A stretch of DNA of 64,000 bases from Octopus bimaculoides (Eukaryota): NCBI RefSeq assembly GCF_001194135.2, contig NC_068982.1:108415498-108479497 (forward strand), given 5' to 3'. The notes beneath the pieces were generated by a model, which searched no databases, was not told where the DNA came from, and worked only from the letters and a program-made list of their open reading frames with translations. Each line of letters starts with the position of its first letter. Position 1 is the first letter of the stretch. The position numbers and the translations under genes are program-made. Of the stretch, positions 13,014 to 24,430 are shown piece by piece.

Positions 13014-13187
13014 ATGAACGGGTTTCGATGTTTAAGAACAACAATTCCTTTGTTATGGAAATATCAAAGGAATGTGCTTCATTATCCACTGCTCAACCAA
13101 CGCACTCCGTTGTTGATCAATAATAGCGGAATGGCTAGCAGCATGCTGGATGTTGTCAATGAACGAATAGTATGGGTAGATCTTGAG
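13014..13187 (+). CDS. REXO2: Oligoribonuclease REXO2 exon 1 (presequence-like N-terminus plus ExoI motif)
   Basis: MNGFRCLRTTIPLLWKYQRNVLHYPLLNQRTPLLINNSGMASSMLDVVNERIVWVDLE|gtattt; WVDLE joins MTGL of the next exon, the Orn DEDDh ExoI motif. Confidence 0.92.
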
Positions 13188-13626
13188 GTATTTATTCTTT
13201 CCAAAGATATTTATATATATATATCTCCCGCTTTATATATATTGACCAGATGAAGTTAGCATTCATATATTTGATAGTTATAAAGTTGGGAGTTCGGTAG
13301 GTATAAATGTGACCCTTAAAAGTATTTACTTTGTCAAAAGTTGTTTTACCGGTTAAAATACAAGAGTGTTTTTATGGATTAAAGTGAAGGTTTTATGAAT
13401 TTTTAAAAATGTAAATGATAAACGAATGTAATATCTTTAAATGGTTGTTCAAACCTATCATTAAGAAAGGCGTAACACCACATAAATTCACTGACATAAG
13501 TATCTAATTGGGTGCGATGAGTTCGAGTGTCTCGTTTCTTTTCTTTTATTTGCACAATTCCATAACATGTCAACTGACACTCAAATGCTTTCATCAAAGT
13601 TTTGAAACTAGTCTTCAGTTTGCTGA

Positions 13627-14215
13627 TACGAGACGGTATCAGGTTCCAGTACTAGTTATGTTTAATTTTAAAAAATAACTTATTTACCCAAGTTTTAACA
13701 TAATCTCCTCCGAAATAGTCACCCTGCACAGCAACACACCGGTTCCAGCTACTTTTGGAATCCGGCCTGGAAGTCGTTTTCTGTAAGCGAATCGAGGACC
13801 TTCTGCGATTCGCTCTGGATCTCGACAACGGTGTTAAAACAGCGATTTTTGAGCTGCATTCTCATCTCGGAGAAGAAATGGAAGTCCACGTGTGCTAAAT
13901 CTGGCGAATAGGACATGTGCGGAAACGATATCATGTTGTTTTGGGCAAGAAACTCACGAGTGAGGAGAGCTCAGTGAAGAATTCCTTCTTCGTGCTCCAC
14001 AGATCCGAATGTCCTCCCTCAAACGTTTCAAAATGTCGCAGTAGAATTCTCGATTGACGATCTGCACTTTGGGGACGAATTCTTGATGCGCAATACCATA
14101 TTTCTAGAGGTGACTCTCGGGGCAGATTTTCCAGGGACGGCCTTCCGCTTTTAAAGCGTCCGTGCCTCTCGAAATATTGCATACGACCCATTGCCTCATC
14201 GCCGTATTCAATGCA
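13627..14215 (-). mobile_element. Internally deleted mariner transposon fossil in REXO2 intron 1
   Basis: Minus-strand PHMSYSPDLAHVDFHFF (YSPDL motif) and GRFKSGRPSLE HTH-linker remnant; TACGAG-type end at 13627. Confidence 0.8.
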
Positions 14216-14485
14216 GACATGTAACTAGCTGACTGTAAAGATACTCAAGAGATTAAATTCATGAATAACTCAGATAGTTATTTATGAGTAATGGAGACAT
14301 TTGGTTATCCAACTGACAATTATAGAGGTGTTTGTATTGAAATTGAAATAGCTATAGTTGAAACAAACCACTGTATAAATTTAGAGTTTTCTCTTTAGAA
14401 ATAAAGGGTACCTTTCAGTTGTGTTCTACCTTTTAAGTAAGTAGCCATTGCACACAGAAGAAATACAACTCTTTTCTCTCTAGAT

Positions 14486-14635
14486 CAGTGGTTCCCAACT
14501 GTGGTCCACAGACACCTGGTGGTCTGCAAAGGTAATACTGGGGTCTGTGAACTAAGTTCAAAATTTCATGTATATTAAAAGGGGTCTGTGGGAAAACTCG
14601 TTTAAATATAAGGGGTCCTTGGTTGTGAACCACTG
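14486..14635. mobile_element. hAT (Charlie-like) MITE, 150 bp
   Basis: TIRs CAGTGGTTCCCAA / TTGTGAACCACTG; perfect 8-bp TSD CTCTAGAT (14478-14485, 14636-14643). Confidence 0.88.
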
Positions 14636-15790
14636 CTCTAGATACTGCAAACCATCTGTACCAAAGCTTCATTAACATACAGCATCACATATACTCCAGA
14701 GAAACCCCTTTGTTAACAAACAACTACTACCTGAACTTCTACAAATGTCAAGCTATTGCAACTCTTATTATAATCTATTTAATCTCAAATTGAATTGTGT
14801 TAAGAGAACTTCCTTAATTATACAGACTGTATAACTAATTCATTAACAGTTAATCTTCATTGAGTATACTGTTAATTATAGAATTCTGAAACATGTCAAC
14901 TCGTTCAAACTTTGGGTCTCCTACTTTATCTTGTATAATGAATGGAAGAAAATAAATAACTATTCAGCTTTGTTTAGCAGTTTTGATAATGATATGAAAA
15001 CTTTTTTTGAACTGTTTACTCGCTTAATCATATTCTGAAAATAGACAATTTCAAAATTCTGTTGGCATCTGCTAACCAGTCATTGTTCATCACTGTATAT
15101 GATATTTGCAATTGGCTACAAAAGGTCAATCCTCATCGGATCATCCTCATAGTTATTTATTGAGTATTCTGTGGTCTCAGATTGCCTTTATTCAATTAAG
15201 GATGTCAACTCTTTTGAGTTTCTTGCTTTTCTGAGTTTTTTGGTCTTCCTGAAAGAGGCTAAAATGCTTATCTAAATACATTTTGAGCTCAGAACATATG
15301 GAGCTAGATTAGATACCAAAAGTAATCCTGATAGATATTTCAACAGTTCCAGCAATCCACAGCCCTACAACAGTACTTTATTTCTCAACCTGAAAATATG
15401 AAAGGCAAAGTTGACTTTGGCAAGATTTGAAATCAGGGTGCATAGAGCCAGAACAAATACCCACAAAAGCATTTAATCTGATGCTCTTAACAACTCTGCC
15501 AGTTCATTGTCTTAAAATGGTACAAAAATAAAATATGGATGATATTTCAACTCTTGGAAGACTTTCTTCAAAGGTCATTAAAAAAGGAACATAAAAAAAT
15601 TGTTTCTCCTTCATTTGCTAGTGTAGCTTTGAAGTTGTTACCAGTCTCAAAAATATCAGACACTTTCCTTTTATATAAGTACAGTATAATAGTTGATTTA
15701 AAGATCAAAGAAGCAAAGAACTTTCCATAAATAATTAATGTTGTACTTGTTCTCCTTTATTAAATTATTACATTCTTTCTTCATTGGCAG

Positions 15791-15874
15791 ATGACTGGGC
15801 TTGATATAGAGACAGATAAGATTATTGAGATAGCTTGTGTTATCACTGATAGTCAACTGAACATAATAGCTGAG
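15791..15874 (+). CDS. REXO2: REXO2 exon 2
   Basis: 84 nt, ggcag|...|gtaaga; [28 protein letters not shown]. Confidence 0.96.
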
Positions 15875-17248
15875 GTAAGAAGACTATTCAATATATATAT
15901 ATATATATATATACATACACATATATATATACATACATACACATATTTACTACATGTTTCTAAATAAAATGTCTTGAACCCAAATATTTTTAATATGTAT
16001 GCTTATAATCAAAAATTTTATCTCTATATTAACCATAATATCAATTAAATCATTATATCAATTAAAGATTTTTTGAATGAAACTTGCATGCATATATATA
16101 TATTTCTTTGACAATATAAAAATAGATAATAAACATGATACAAAACAATAAAAAAATTTTATTTGAGAAGATTTATAAAAATCCAAGTAAAGTTTTTTTA
16201 AAGAAGAGNNNNNNNNNNNNNNNNNNNNNNNNNNNNNNNNNNNNNNNNNNNNNNNNNNNNNNNNNNNNNNNNNNNNNNNNNNNNNNNNNNNNNNNNNNNN
16301 NNNNNNNNATATATATATATCATTGTTGTTATCATCATCATAATTTAACGTCTGTTGTCCATGCTGGCATGGGTTGGATGGTTTGACCAGGGCTGGTAAG
16401 CTGGAAGGCTGCACCAGACTCCAGTCTGATTTGGCATGGTTTTCTACAGTCAGATGCCCTTCTTAGTGCCAACCACTCTGAGAGTGTAATGGGTGGTTTT
16501 ACGTGCCACTTGCATGATACCAGTATCTGCCATAACTGTGATTTTGCTCAGCTTGATGGGTCTTCTTCTCAAACACGACATAATGCCAATGGTCATTGCT
16601 TCTTTAAAGCCTAACACTCTAAAGGAACTCAGCCACTTTGCTAACTGTAGCAGTTACATATTGGTCACTACTGTGAGAAACCGCAGCATCTCTTTTGTAG
16701 GGGCTATCAACAAGTACAGTATAATATACCATAAAATTCACAACTGTATAGTTAAGGGAGAGAACTTCAAAGAATGTTTAATTGAGTCGAAAAGATCTTT
16801 TGATCACAAAGGAATTCTGACACCTGTATTTATTCTAGACAATGCAAAAATTCATCACTATGATGGATTAAGTTCAGCAATAAATGAGCTAAATCCAAAT
16901 TTAATATACCTACCTCCTTATTCGCCTTTCTGAAATCTGATTGAAAATATTTTCTCTGTTAGGAAAAGTTTGTTCTTGCTTTCTAATACATCAAATGAAA
17001 ATGAACTAAAGGCTTTAATATCAAACAAAATCAGCAGAGAACACTGCAATTCTTTCTATAGAAAAATGTTAGGCTATATTTGTTCTTCAGAGAAGAAAAA
17101 GATCATTAATGAATCAAGTTTATATATATCTCTTCTTCAAAACAGAATTTACTTGGATTTTATAAACTATCTGAAATAGAAAAATTTATTGTTTTCTATC
17201 ATTGTTTATTATCTATTTTTATATTGTCGATAAAATATATATATATAT

Positions 17249-17947
17249 ATTTATATAAAGGGCATTATTACAGAAAAATAACAACACCACACAGTGGACT
17301 TCTCAAAATAACCACATTTAGTACCTAATGCGAGGAAAAACAACCAACAGAAGCCTACCTACTTTCTTTTAAACTTAACTGTGTATCGACCGATTTCGCG
17401 ATTACTAGAATGAATCTAGATTTCGTTCATCAGCACAGTATTGTACCAAAAATATATATAAATAAACAGAATTCTCACCTCACCAAAAACGAACACCCTA
17501 CGTATCCGACAGAGTAAAGGGAATGAAGTTTATCTGTATATATCTTCATCAAAGAAGCGGGAATACTTCCNNNNNNNNNNNNNNNNNNNNNNNNNNNNNN
17601 NNNNNNNNNNNNNNNNNNNNNNNNNNNNNNNNNNNNNNNNNNNNNNNNNNNNNNNNNNNNNNNNNNNNNNNNNNNNNNNNNNNNNNNNNNNNNNNNNNNN
17701 NNNNNNNNNNNNNNNNNNNNNNNNNNNNNNNNNNNNNNNNNNNNNNNNNNNNNNNNNNNNNNNNNNNNNNNNNNNNNNNNNNNNNNNNNNNNNNNNNNNN
17801 NNNNNNNNNNNACACAGTTAAGTTTAAAAGAAAGTAGGTAGGCTTCTGTTGGTTGTTTTTCCTCGCATTAGGTACTAAATGTGGTTATTTTGAGAAGTCC
17901 ACTGTGTGGCGTTGTTATTTTTCTGTAATAATGCCCTTTATATAAAT
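17249..17947. repeat. Fold-back element (inverted arms of at least 135 bp) with centre in an assembly gap; probably PLE-derived
   Basis: 17249-17384 is the reverse complement of 17812-17947 (one mismatch seen); inserted in a (TA)n tract; carries a hammerhead-like motif. Confidence 0.75.
17378..17439 (-). ncRNA. Hammerhead-ribozyme-like variant motif
   Basis: Minus strand: ACTGTG-CTGATGA-A-CGA..CTAGA/TCTAG..TCG-C-GAAA-TCG-GTC-GATA-CACAGT. Stem I is offset by 4 nt. Confidence 0.5.
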
Positions 17948-18233
17948 ATAAACAAATAATTATATTCTTGGGAATAGAAATTTTTTTACACACTGGCTTC
18001 TTGATAAAATTCCTGTAAAAGAGTTTTATCCCTTTTTGAATTTATATATATATATATATATATATGCAAGTTTTGTTCAAAAAATCTTTAAATGATATAA
18101 TGGTAATATAGTGGTAAAATTCCTGATTATAAGCATACATATTAAAAATATTTGGGTTCAAGATATTTTATTTAGAAATATGTATCAAAAAAATAATTCT
18201 GAAGTTGATTGGTAAATTTTCTAAAACTGATGA

Positions 18234-18317
18234 GTACAAATCTAAAATTGGTCAGTATAAATCTAATATTGATCAGTACAAATCTAATATTGGTCAGTAC
18301 AAATCTAAAGTTGATCG
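18234..18317. repeat. 21-bp tandem repeat, 4 copies
   Basis: Unit GTACAAATCTAATATTGGTCA with 1-4 substitutions per copy. Confidence 0.9.
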
Positions 18318-18420
18318 GGAAACCCTCCAATAGTGAGATTATTTTAATTTTATCTAATTGTGCTCAATATTTTTGAGAAATAATTGAGCTAAATTATTTA
18401 ACTGAATTTTCTATTCGCAG

Positions 18421-18498
18421 ATACCCCCATTTGTTATTCACCAGCCAGATAATGTGCTTGATAGTATGAATGAATGGTGTCGAGTGCACCATGGGATG
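18421..18498 (+). CDS. REXO2: REXO2 exon 3
   Basis: 78 nt, cgcag|...|gtaagt; IPPFVIHQPDNVLDSMNEWCRVHHGM. Confidence 0.95.
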
Positions 18499-18664
18499 GT
18501 AAGTTACAACATGTTCAGCAGACAAAACATTATTTAACTCAGCCAATTAAAATGAATAAGCAATCCAACATAACATCACAAGCTATAAAATATATTTCCC
18601 TCAATAACTATGTGAATGTGAAAATTTTCAAAAATATCCTTTATTTATCATTTAAAGACAAATA

Positions 18665-19932
18665 TTGGGTCAATCCATAAATAATGCGTTTTTTTCAATT
18701 GCATGAACTAAAAATTGGAGGAGAACAGGATAAACTACCTGCTTCAACTTGCTATAAAAGCAGGTAGTAATTTTACCTTGTCCTTATTAGTGCAAGTTTT
18801 GAAGAGTGTAGTTTGATTTTAGCAGTTATTTTTCAAAGCTATAATGAGAGGGACAAAGGAGCATATTTGCTATATTTTGCTTTAAGAGTTCAATAAAAGC
18901 AACAATGCAACAGAAAGTGCGAGGAATATTAATGTAGTATATGGGGATCGAACAATAAGCATAAGCCAGTGTCAATGGTGGATCCAGAAATTCCGAGCCA
19001 GAAACAACAGCCTACAAGATGAGCCTCATCCTGGAAGATCTGCAGATGTCCTGCAAACCCTGGTGGAACAAAATCTCATTGTAACTGTTGAGGAACTAGC
19101 AGGGAAGCTTGGATTTGGTCATTCAACCATTCATTGACACCTGCATGCCATCAGAAAAGTCAACAAATTGGGTCAATGGGTTCTTCAAACTTTCCAAATC
19201 TAATAATACGCAGAGAGTGAATGTGTGCTCTTCTTTGCTGTCACGTCTCACAAATGAACCTTTTTTTGGACCAAATAGTGACTGGTGATGAGAAATGGGT
19301 TCTCTATAAAAATGTCAAGTGCCAAAGACAGTAGGTAGGGAAAGGAGAAACACCAGCACCCCAGGCTAAAGAAAGTCTTNNNNNNNNNNNNNNNNNNNNN
19401 NNNNNNNNNNNNNNNNNNNNNNNNNNNNNNNNNNNNNNNNNNNNNNNNNNNNNNNNNNNNNNNNNNNNNNNNNNNNNNNNNNNNNNNNNNNNNNNNNNNN
19501 NNNNNNNNNNNNNNNNNNNNNNNNNNNNNNNNNNNNNNNNNNNNNNNNNNNNNNNNNNNACATTCTTTTATCAGGACAATGCTTAGCCACATACAGCGTG
19601 CATGGCATTCCAATGGCTGGAGCAGTTTGAATGGGAAACGATGCTCCACCCACCATATTCGCCATCTGATTATCATTTATTCTGCAGTGTTCAAAATCAT
19701 TTGGATGGAAAGAATATGAATCCTCTAGACGAAGTCACAACAATATTGGAGGAGTATTTTTTGTCACAGAGCAGTGAATTTTGGAAGAGGGGCCTTGCAA
19801 GTCTCCCAGATAAATGGAAGAGCCTTGTAGAAAATGAAGGAGAGTATATTTTAGATTAAAAAGAACTTTGTTTATCTTAATTTTGAAAAATTAAAGTATA
19901 AAAAAAAACTCATTATTTATGGGATGACTCAA
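18665..19932 (+). mobile_element. Full-length defective mariner (DD34D) in REXO2 intron 3
   Basis: TIRs TTGGGTCAATCCATAAATAATG / CATTATTTATGGGATGACTCAA with TA flanks; motifs VTGDEKW, QDNA, HPPYSP..SDYHLF; stops and frameshifts; gap inside. Confidence 0.9.
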
Positions 19933-20013
19933 TAGAAAAAAATGTTAAAAATATGGCACATTTTATTTCATTAAAATCACTTTTCTTCTCTGTATTTTAA
20001 TTGTGTCCTGTAG

Positions 20014-20234
20014 AGTGGCCTGACTGAAGCAGTAAGAAAAAGCAACACCACCGTGCAATCAGCTGAAGAAAAGTTGTTAGCTTTTCTAACACAGCATGTT
20101 CCAAAAAAGAAATGCCCACTGGCTGGAAATTCCATCTATATGGATAAAATGTTCCTTCAGAAATATATGCCAAAATTTACTGAATTCCTACATTATCGTA
20201 TTATTGATGTCAGTAGTGTGAAGGAATTATGTCG
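20014..20234 (+). CDS. REXO2: REXO2 exon 4 (ExoII)
   Basis: 221 nt, tgtag|...|gtaaga; [73 protein letters not shown](R). Confidence 0.96.
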
Positions 20235-22495
20235 GTAAGAATTGATATTTTCCTTGGGCTATCAACTTTTCACTGCTAATTCATTAAAATATATTCCTAC
20301 TATTGATTGTATTGTAAGTATTTTCTCAATTTGACTCATCCTATTATTTCTTTTATGAATTTATTCTCTTTTCTACAAAGAAAAAGGCCTAAACCTTTAA
20401 TTTTAAGAGATGAATATGTGTAACTTATATCAGTGTTTTAGGAGGAATCAGATTTCATCAATGAATTGAATCTGATAAAAAAAAGTCATGTCTTACAGAG
20501 AAACTAACAATGAAGGTAAATGTAGAGATTGGTGCAGTCATGAGAGTTTGGTTAAGAAATTTGCTTTGTAACTATGCAGTCTGAGTCAAGTGTCTTCTAC
20601 TTTATTCTGGGATTGATGAAAACCTTGTGAGGGAAATTTTGAGTGGTAGACATAATCCTTTACTTGGTTTAACAATACCACCTAACACTTGCATACATTT
20701 AGCAGCATTTATCATCTACTTTTCCATGCATGCATTCGTCTGATGTAATTTGTTGAGGCTCATTTTCTATGGCCAGATGCTTTTCCTTTTGTGAACTCTC
20801 ACCTGTTTCCAAGAAAGGTAAAGTTTCCCCAGATGTTTTTTATGGAAACCTGGAAATAAACAACACTGCTTGTATGATGGTGATGCTTGTTTACCACCAC
20901 CATGTGATGCATGTGTGTATGTGCATACATACACACACAAGGATCTGGTTGGATCTAGGCTATAGTAAAAAAAATACTTACCCGAGGTGCCATGCAGCAG
21001 GACTAAACCAGAGATTACATGCAAAGAAGCAAGCTTCTTAGCTACACAACTATACCCGCCACTGAAACCTATGTAGGTTTACTAAAATAAATAAGAGTAT
21101 TCCAGCAATCAGATACAGTACCTAGAGTGCATGCAGTGTAAAAAATAATGAAAGGAAAGCCATAACATTTATATAGTAGTATCACAGTTACATAAGTTAT
21201 AAGCTTATTGTATCATGTGACTGGCCCAGTGGTCATCTGATCAGTGCTACTTAAAATGGCTGCTTGGGTGAAGAAAGCATAGTTGTTCAGTTGACTATGA
21301 CTTTTGGTAGTAATGGATCTCTTGTAAATACTGTGTGTTGCTAAGATAAATATTTTACTGTTGCTACATTAGTAGACTCAAATAAACACATGATCATACT
21401 TATACTTATAAATTAAAAATATAGTGCTGTAGCATGGTTTGTGAGGGTAGAGCTTATGTTAGAAGTACGTGTTTGGAATGAGAATTAGAGGAAAAAGAAC
21501 TAGTACTTAATTAATAGTATTCGTGAAAAAGTAAACCAAAAACAACCTAAACTATTTTCAAGCATGGACATGCTTTCTTGAAAAGTGGGCCACACCACTA
21601 AAAAACTTTAAGGTAATTTTTCATTAGGCATGCTATTTAGAAAGCCCCTGTAGGCCGCGGTTTGCGGATAACTGATACAACATTAAAAGCTAACATTTAA
21701 AAAAAATAGATGTTAAGTACATTTTAAATATAATACATTACTTCTTGGGAGAAAATAAAGCAAGGTAGAGTACTGGTTGTGTTCTTACAATACTGAGTTA
21801 TGTCCCTTCACACTGGGTGTTTAAATCCAGCCTCGTTCTACTTTGCCTTTGATTATATATACGGCCAACTTTTGTATGGAGTACAATAATAGAATGAAAG
21901 AATACAGATATATTATTGATACCTATTTATTTGCCTCAAAACGATGAAAGACGAAGTCAAGCACAGTGACATTTGAACTTAGAACGTAGAAGGAAGTAAC
22001 TAAACAATACTGGTCTATCATTTTTGCTCATTTATTGTACTAAACTAAGCTATCATTGTGAATTGATGTTACTGTAGTAGCTTGTATCATGCTTTCGTTA
22101 TTTATTTCAGGTACTTACTCTCGATGATGCCTGTGTATGGGACAAACACGGACACACAAATACATACATATAAATACATATATGTGTGTATATATATACA
22201 CATACACGACCGGCTTCTTTTAGTTTCTGTCTACCAAATCCACTCACAAGGTTTTAGTCGACCTGAGGCTATAGTAGAAGACACTTGCCCAAGGTGCCAC
22301 ACAATGGGACTGGACCCAGAACCATGTGGTTGAGAAGCAAGCTTCTTACCACACACCCACTCCTAGACTATTAATTTCAACTGTAGTTATGTAAGGTTTT
22401 TTTTTTAATGTAGACGTAAATAACAAAGAAATTCATCTCTAAAGATAAGATTAATGGTGCACAAAATTGTTGACTTTTTCTTTTTTTTTCTTCAG

Positions 22496-22549
22496 ACGTT
22501 GGTATAAAAATGAATTTCAAAACAGCCCCCAAAAATCCTTATCGCACAG
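22496..22549 (+). CDS. REXO2: REXO2 exon 5
   Basis: 54 nt, ttcag|...|gtaaag; RWYKNEFQNSPQKSLSH(R); phase 2/2 compatible with neighbouring exons. Confidence 0.95.
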
Positions 22550-23881
22550 GTAAAGTACTCATTTCATTGACAATCATATGCATTACTGAGGTACCACAGA
22601 ATAGTGAAAGGTTTCCTATTTCATCAGTTTTGCTTCCTGCTTGCAGCCATTTCACTTCACTTATGATGTAAATCAGGGTGAGCAAATGAAATTACGTTTG
22701 CCCACCCTGAGAAATCAAAGGTCATACGACTATATATTGAAGAAATGTTTAAGAATCATTTCCTAAATACCCAATCTTATCTCTAAAGCCAACAAAGCAG
22801 CCTCTAATTGGTTTCTTGACTTGCTAGAAATAGTAACAAAATCACAGCGTATAACTTTATAAAAGGATACACTGGCTAATACACTCACAGATGCATTGAA
22901 CTTAGTAAACAATTGAAATGGTCACTGTTGGTACGTTTTAAAATCGTAGACCTGTTCTATCAGGGCTGACTTTGTATGTTTACTGTTCATTTCAGTTTGT
23001 GGAATTCACTAGTTTTTTTATATTCTTAAGAACAATAATAGCTGTGATTTAGAGTACAGGACTACTGACTATTGAACCTTGACCATGAATTTAAATCCAG
23101 TTACAGCAGTCATGTACAATTCCTGTGGCTTCAGTCCACTCAGCTAAATATAGAAGTGTTCAGTGAAGATCCTGATATTTTGAACTTTGTCACTTTGTAA
23201 AAGATGACAATGAAGTTATGTGCTATTTTGTATCATTATGAAGATTTGCGACAGACATTTTCAGATACACACAATACAGCTAAATACTACATTTACTTAG
23301 CAATTTTGGTGGGGAAGGTTTTTATTTTTTATTTATTTATTTATTTTTGTTTTGAGAGAACAAAGTGAAAATATTTTCTGTATCTTTGTCATAGCAACTT
23401 AGTGTATAAAAAGTCTAAAAGACTTCCTTTCTTTCTTTCTTAGTAAGTCCACGGGATAGTGGTGAAAGAATTGAGGTGGGTAGGGCTGCAATGTGAATGT
23501 ACCTTTGTTGGTTCCTCAGCTAATTCCAAGCAAAAGGAGAGGAAACAACCCTAATACTTAATTGGTACTGTGTTTATAGACCTCAGAAGAAAGGCAAAGT
23601 CACTTTGCAGGATTGGAAATTGGGACTCAGAAGCCCAAAACAAATATTCTGAAGCGTTATATTCAGTGTTGTAATAATTCTTTGCCAAGTCACTACCTTA
23701 TCTATGGACTAATCATTACAGATGAGGACAATCAGTAATTACCTTAATTACCTGATTTATCACAGTTAAACAGAGGATCACCCTCTTATTTCAACATAAG
23801 AGAAGTATACAACACTAAAATCACTTGTCCCAACATACATAACAAGCTTTGATTAATTAACATAATTCTAACTAGGTTGCT

Positions 23882-23929
<48 letters not shown>

Positions 23930-24283
23930 TGGGACCATGTGCTATAGCACTGCATCACTGCATCCACCATTTGTTTGTGCATTCCTACTCCTGGCAGATG
24001 ACACCTTTGCACCACTTCTGCAGCAACTCTCCAACCCATGTTGCTGGTGTGGTGAGGGTTTTATAAGGTCAGAGTGCAAATCCTACCTCAACCCCTTCAG
24101 TCACCTTTTACGGCATACAGGAAATGTTGGGTCTATTTTTTTTATATGCCAGTCCCCAGCATAGGTTGCTATGATCAAGGTAAAAAACCTAAAGTAATTT
24201 ATCACATAAATTATTACTTATAATATCTAAGTGTGCTATAGTGTGTGTAATACTATATTTTATATTATAATTTTATGTTTCAG

Positions 24284-24350
24284 AGGACAAGAGGACATCA
24301 AAGAAAGCATTAAAGAACTTAAGTATTATAAAATGAAGATTTTCAAATGA
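24284..24350 (+). CDS. REXO2: REXO2 exon 6 (ExoIII, stop)
   Basis: ttcag|A GGA CAA GAG GAC...AAA TGA; GQEDIKESIKELKYYKMKIFK*. Spliced CDS totals 678 nt = 225 aa plus stop. Confidence 0.93.
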
Positions 24351-24424
24351 GACTCCAAAAACGGATTTCTTGAGCATAAGGGCAATAACTCCATCACTTT
24401 AATCTCAACAAAATACATGGGATC

Positions 24425-24430
24425 AATAAA
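24425..24430 (+). promoter_or_regulatory. Candidate REXO2 polyadenylation signal
   Basis: AATAAA 75 nt after the stop; a second AATAAA at 24503-24508. Common by chance in AT-rich DNA. Confidence 0.4.

Larger units (their letters stand above)
15953..18182 (+). mobile_element. Tc1/IS630-like DNA transposon fossil with long (~250 bp) TIRs, carrying nested insertions; fills REXO2 intron 2
   Basis: TA flanks (15951-52, 18183-84). Left TIR 15953-16208 pairs with 18050-18182 plus 17122-17250. DDE_3 motifs FILDNAKIHH and YLPPYSPF(L)NxIE at ~16830-16950. Confidence 0.8.

Noticed and set aside
13570-13622. GAAACTAGTC with flanking AACTGA/TCAGTT, resembling another hammerhead
   Set aside because: No CUGANGA core or stem II recoverable in the needed order; at best a heavily decayed remnant.
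16493-16933. 146-aa ORF as a gene
   Set aside because: Chimera of an antisense RTE tail and a broken Tc1/IS630 DDE fragment.
22663-22715. C/D-box snoRNA candidate (ATGATGT...CTGA)
   Set aside because: Imperfect C box, short length, weak terminal stem, and the interior is locked in a hairpin.
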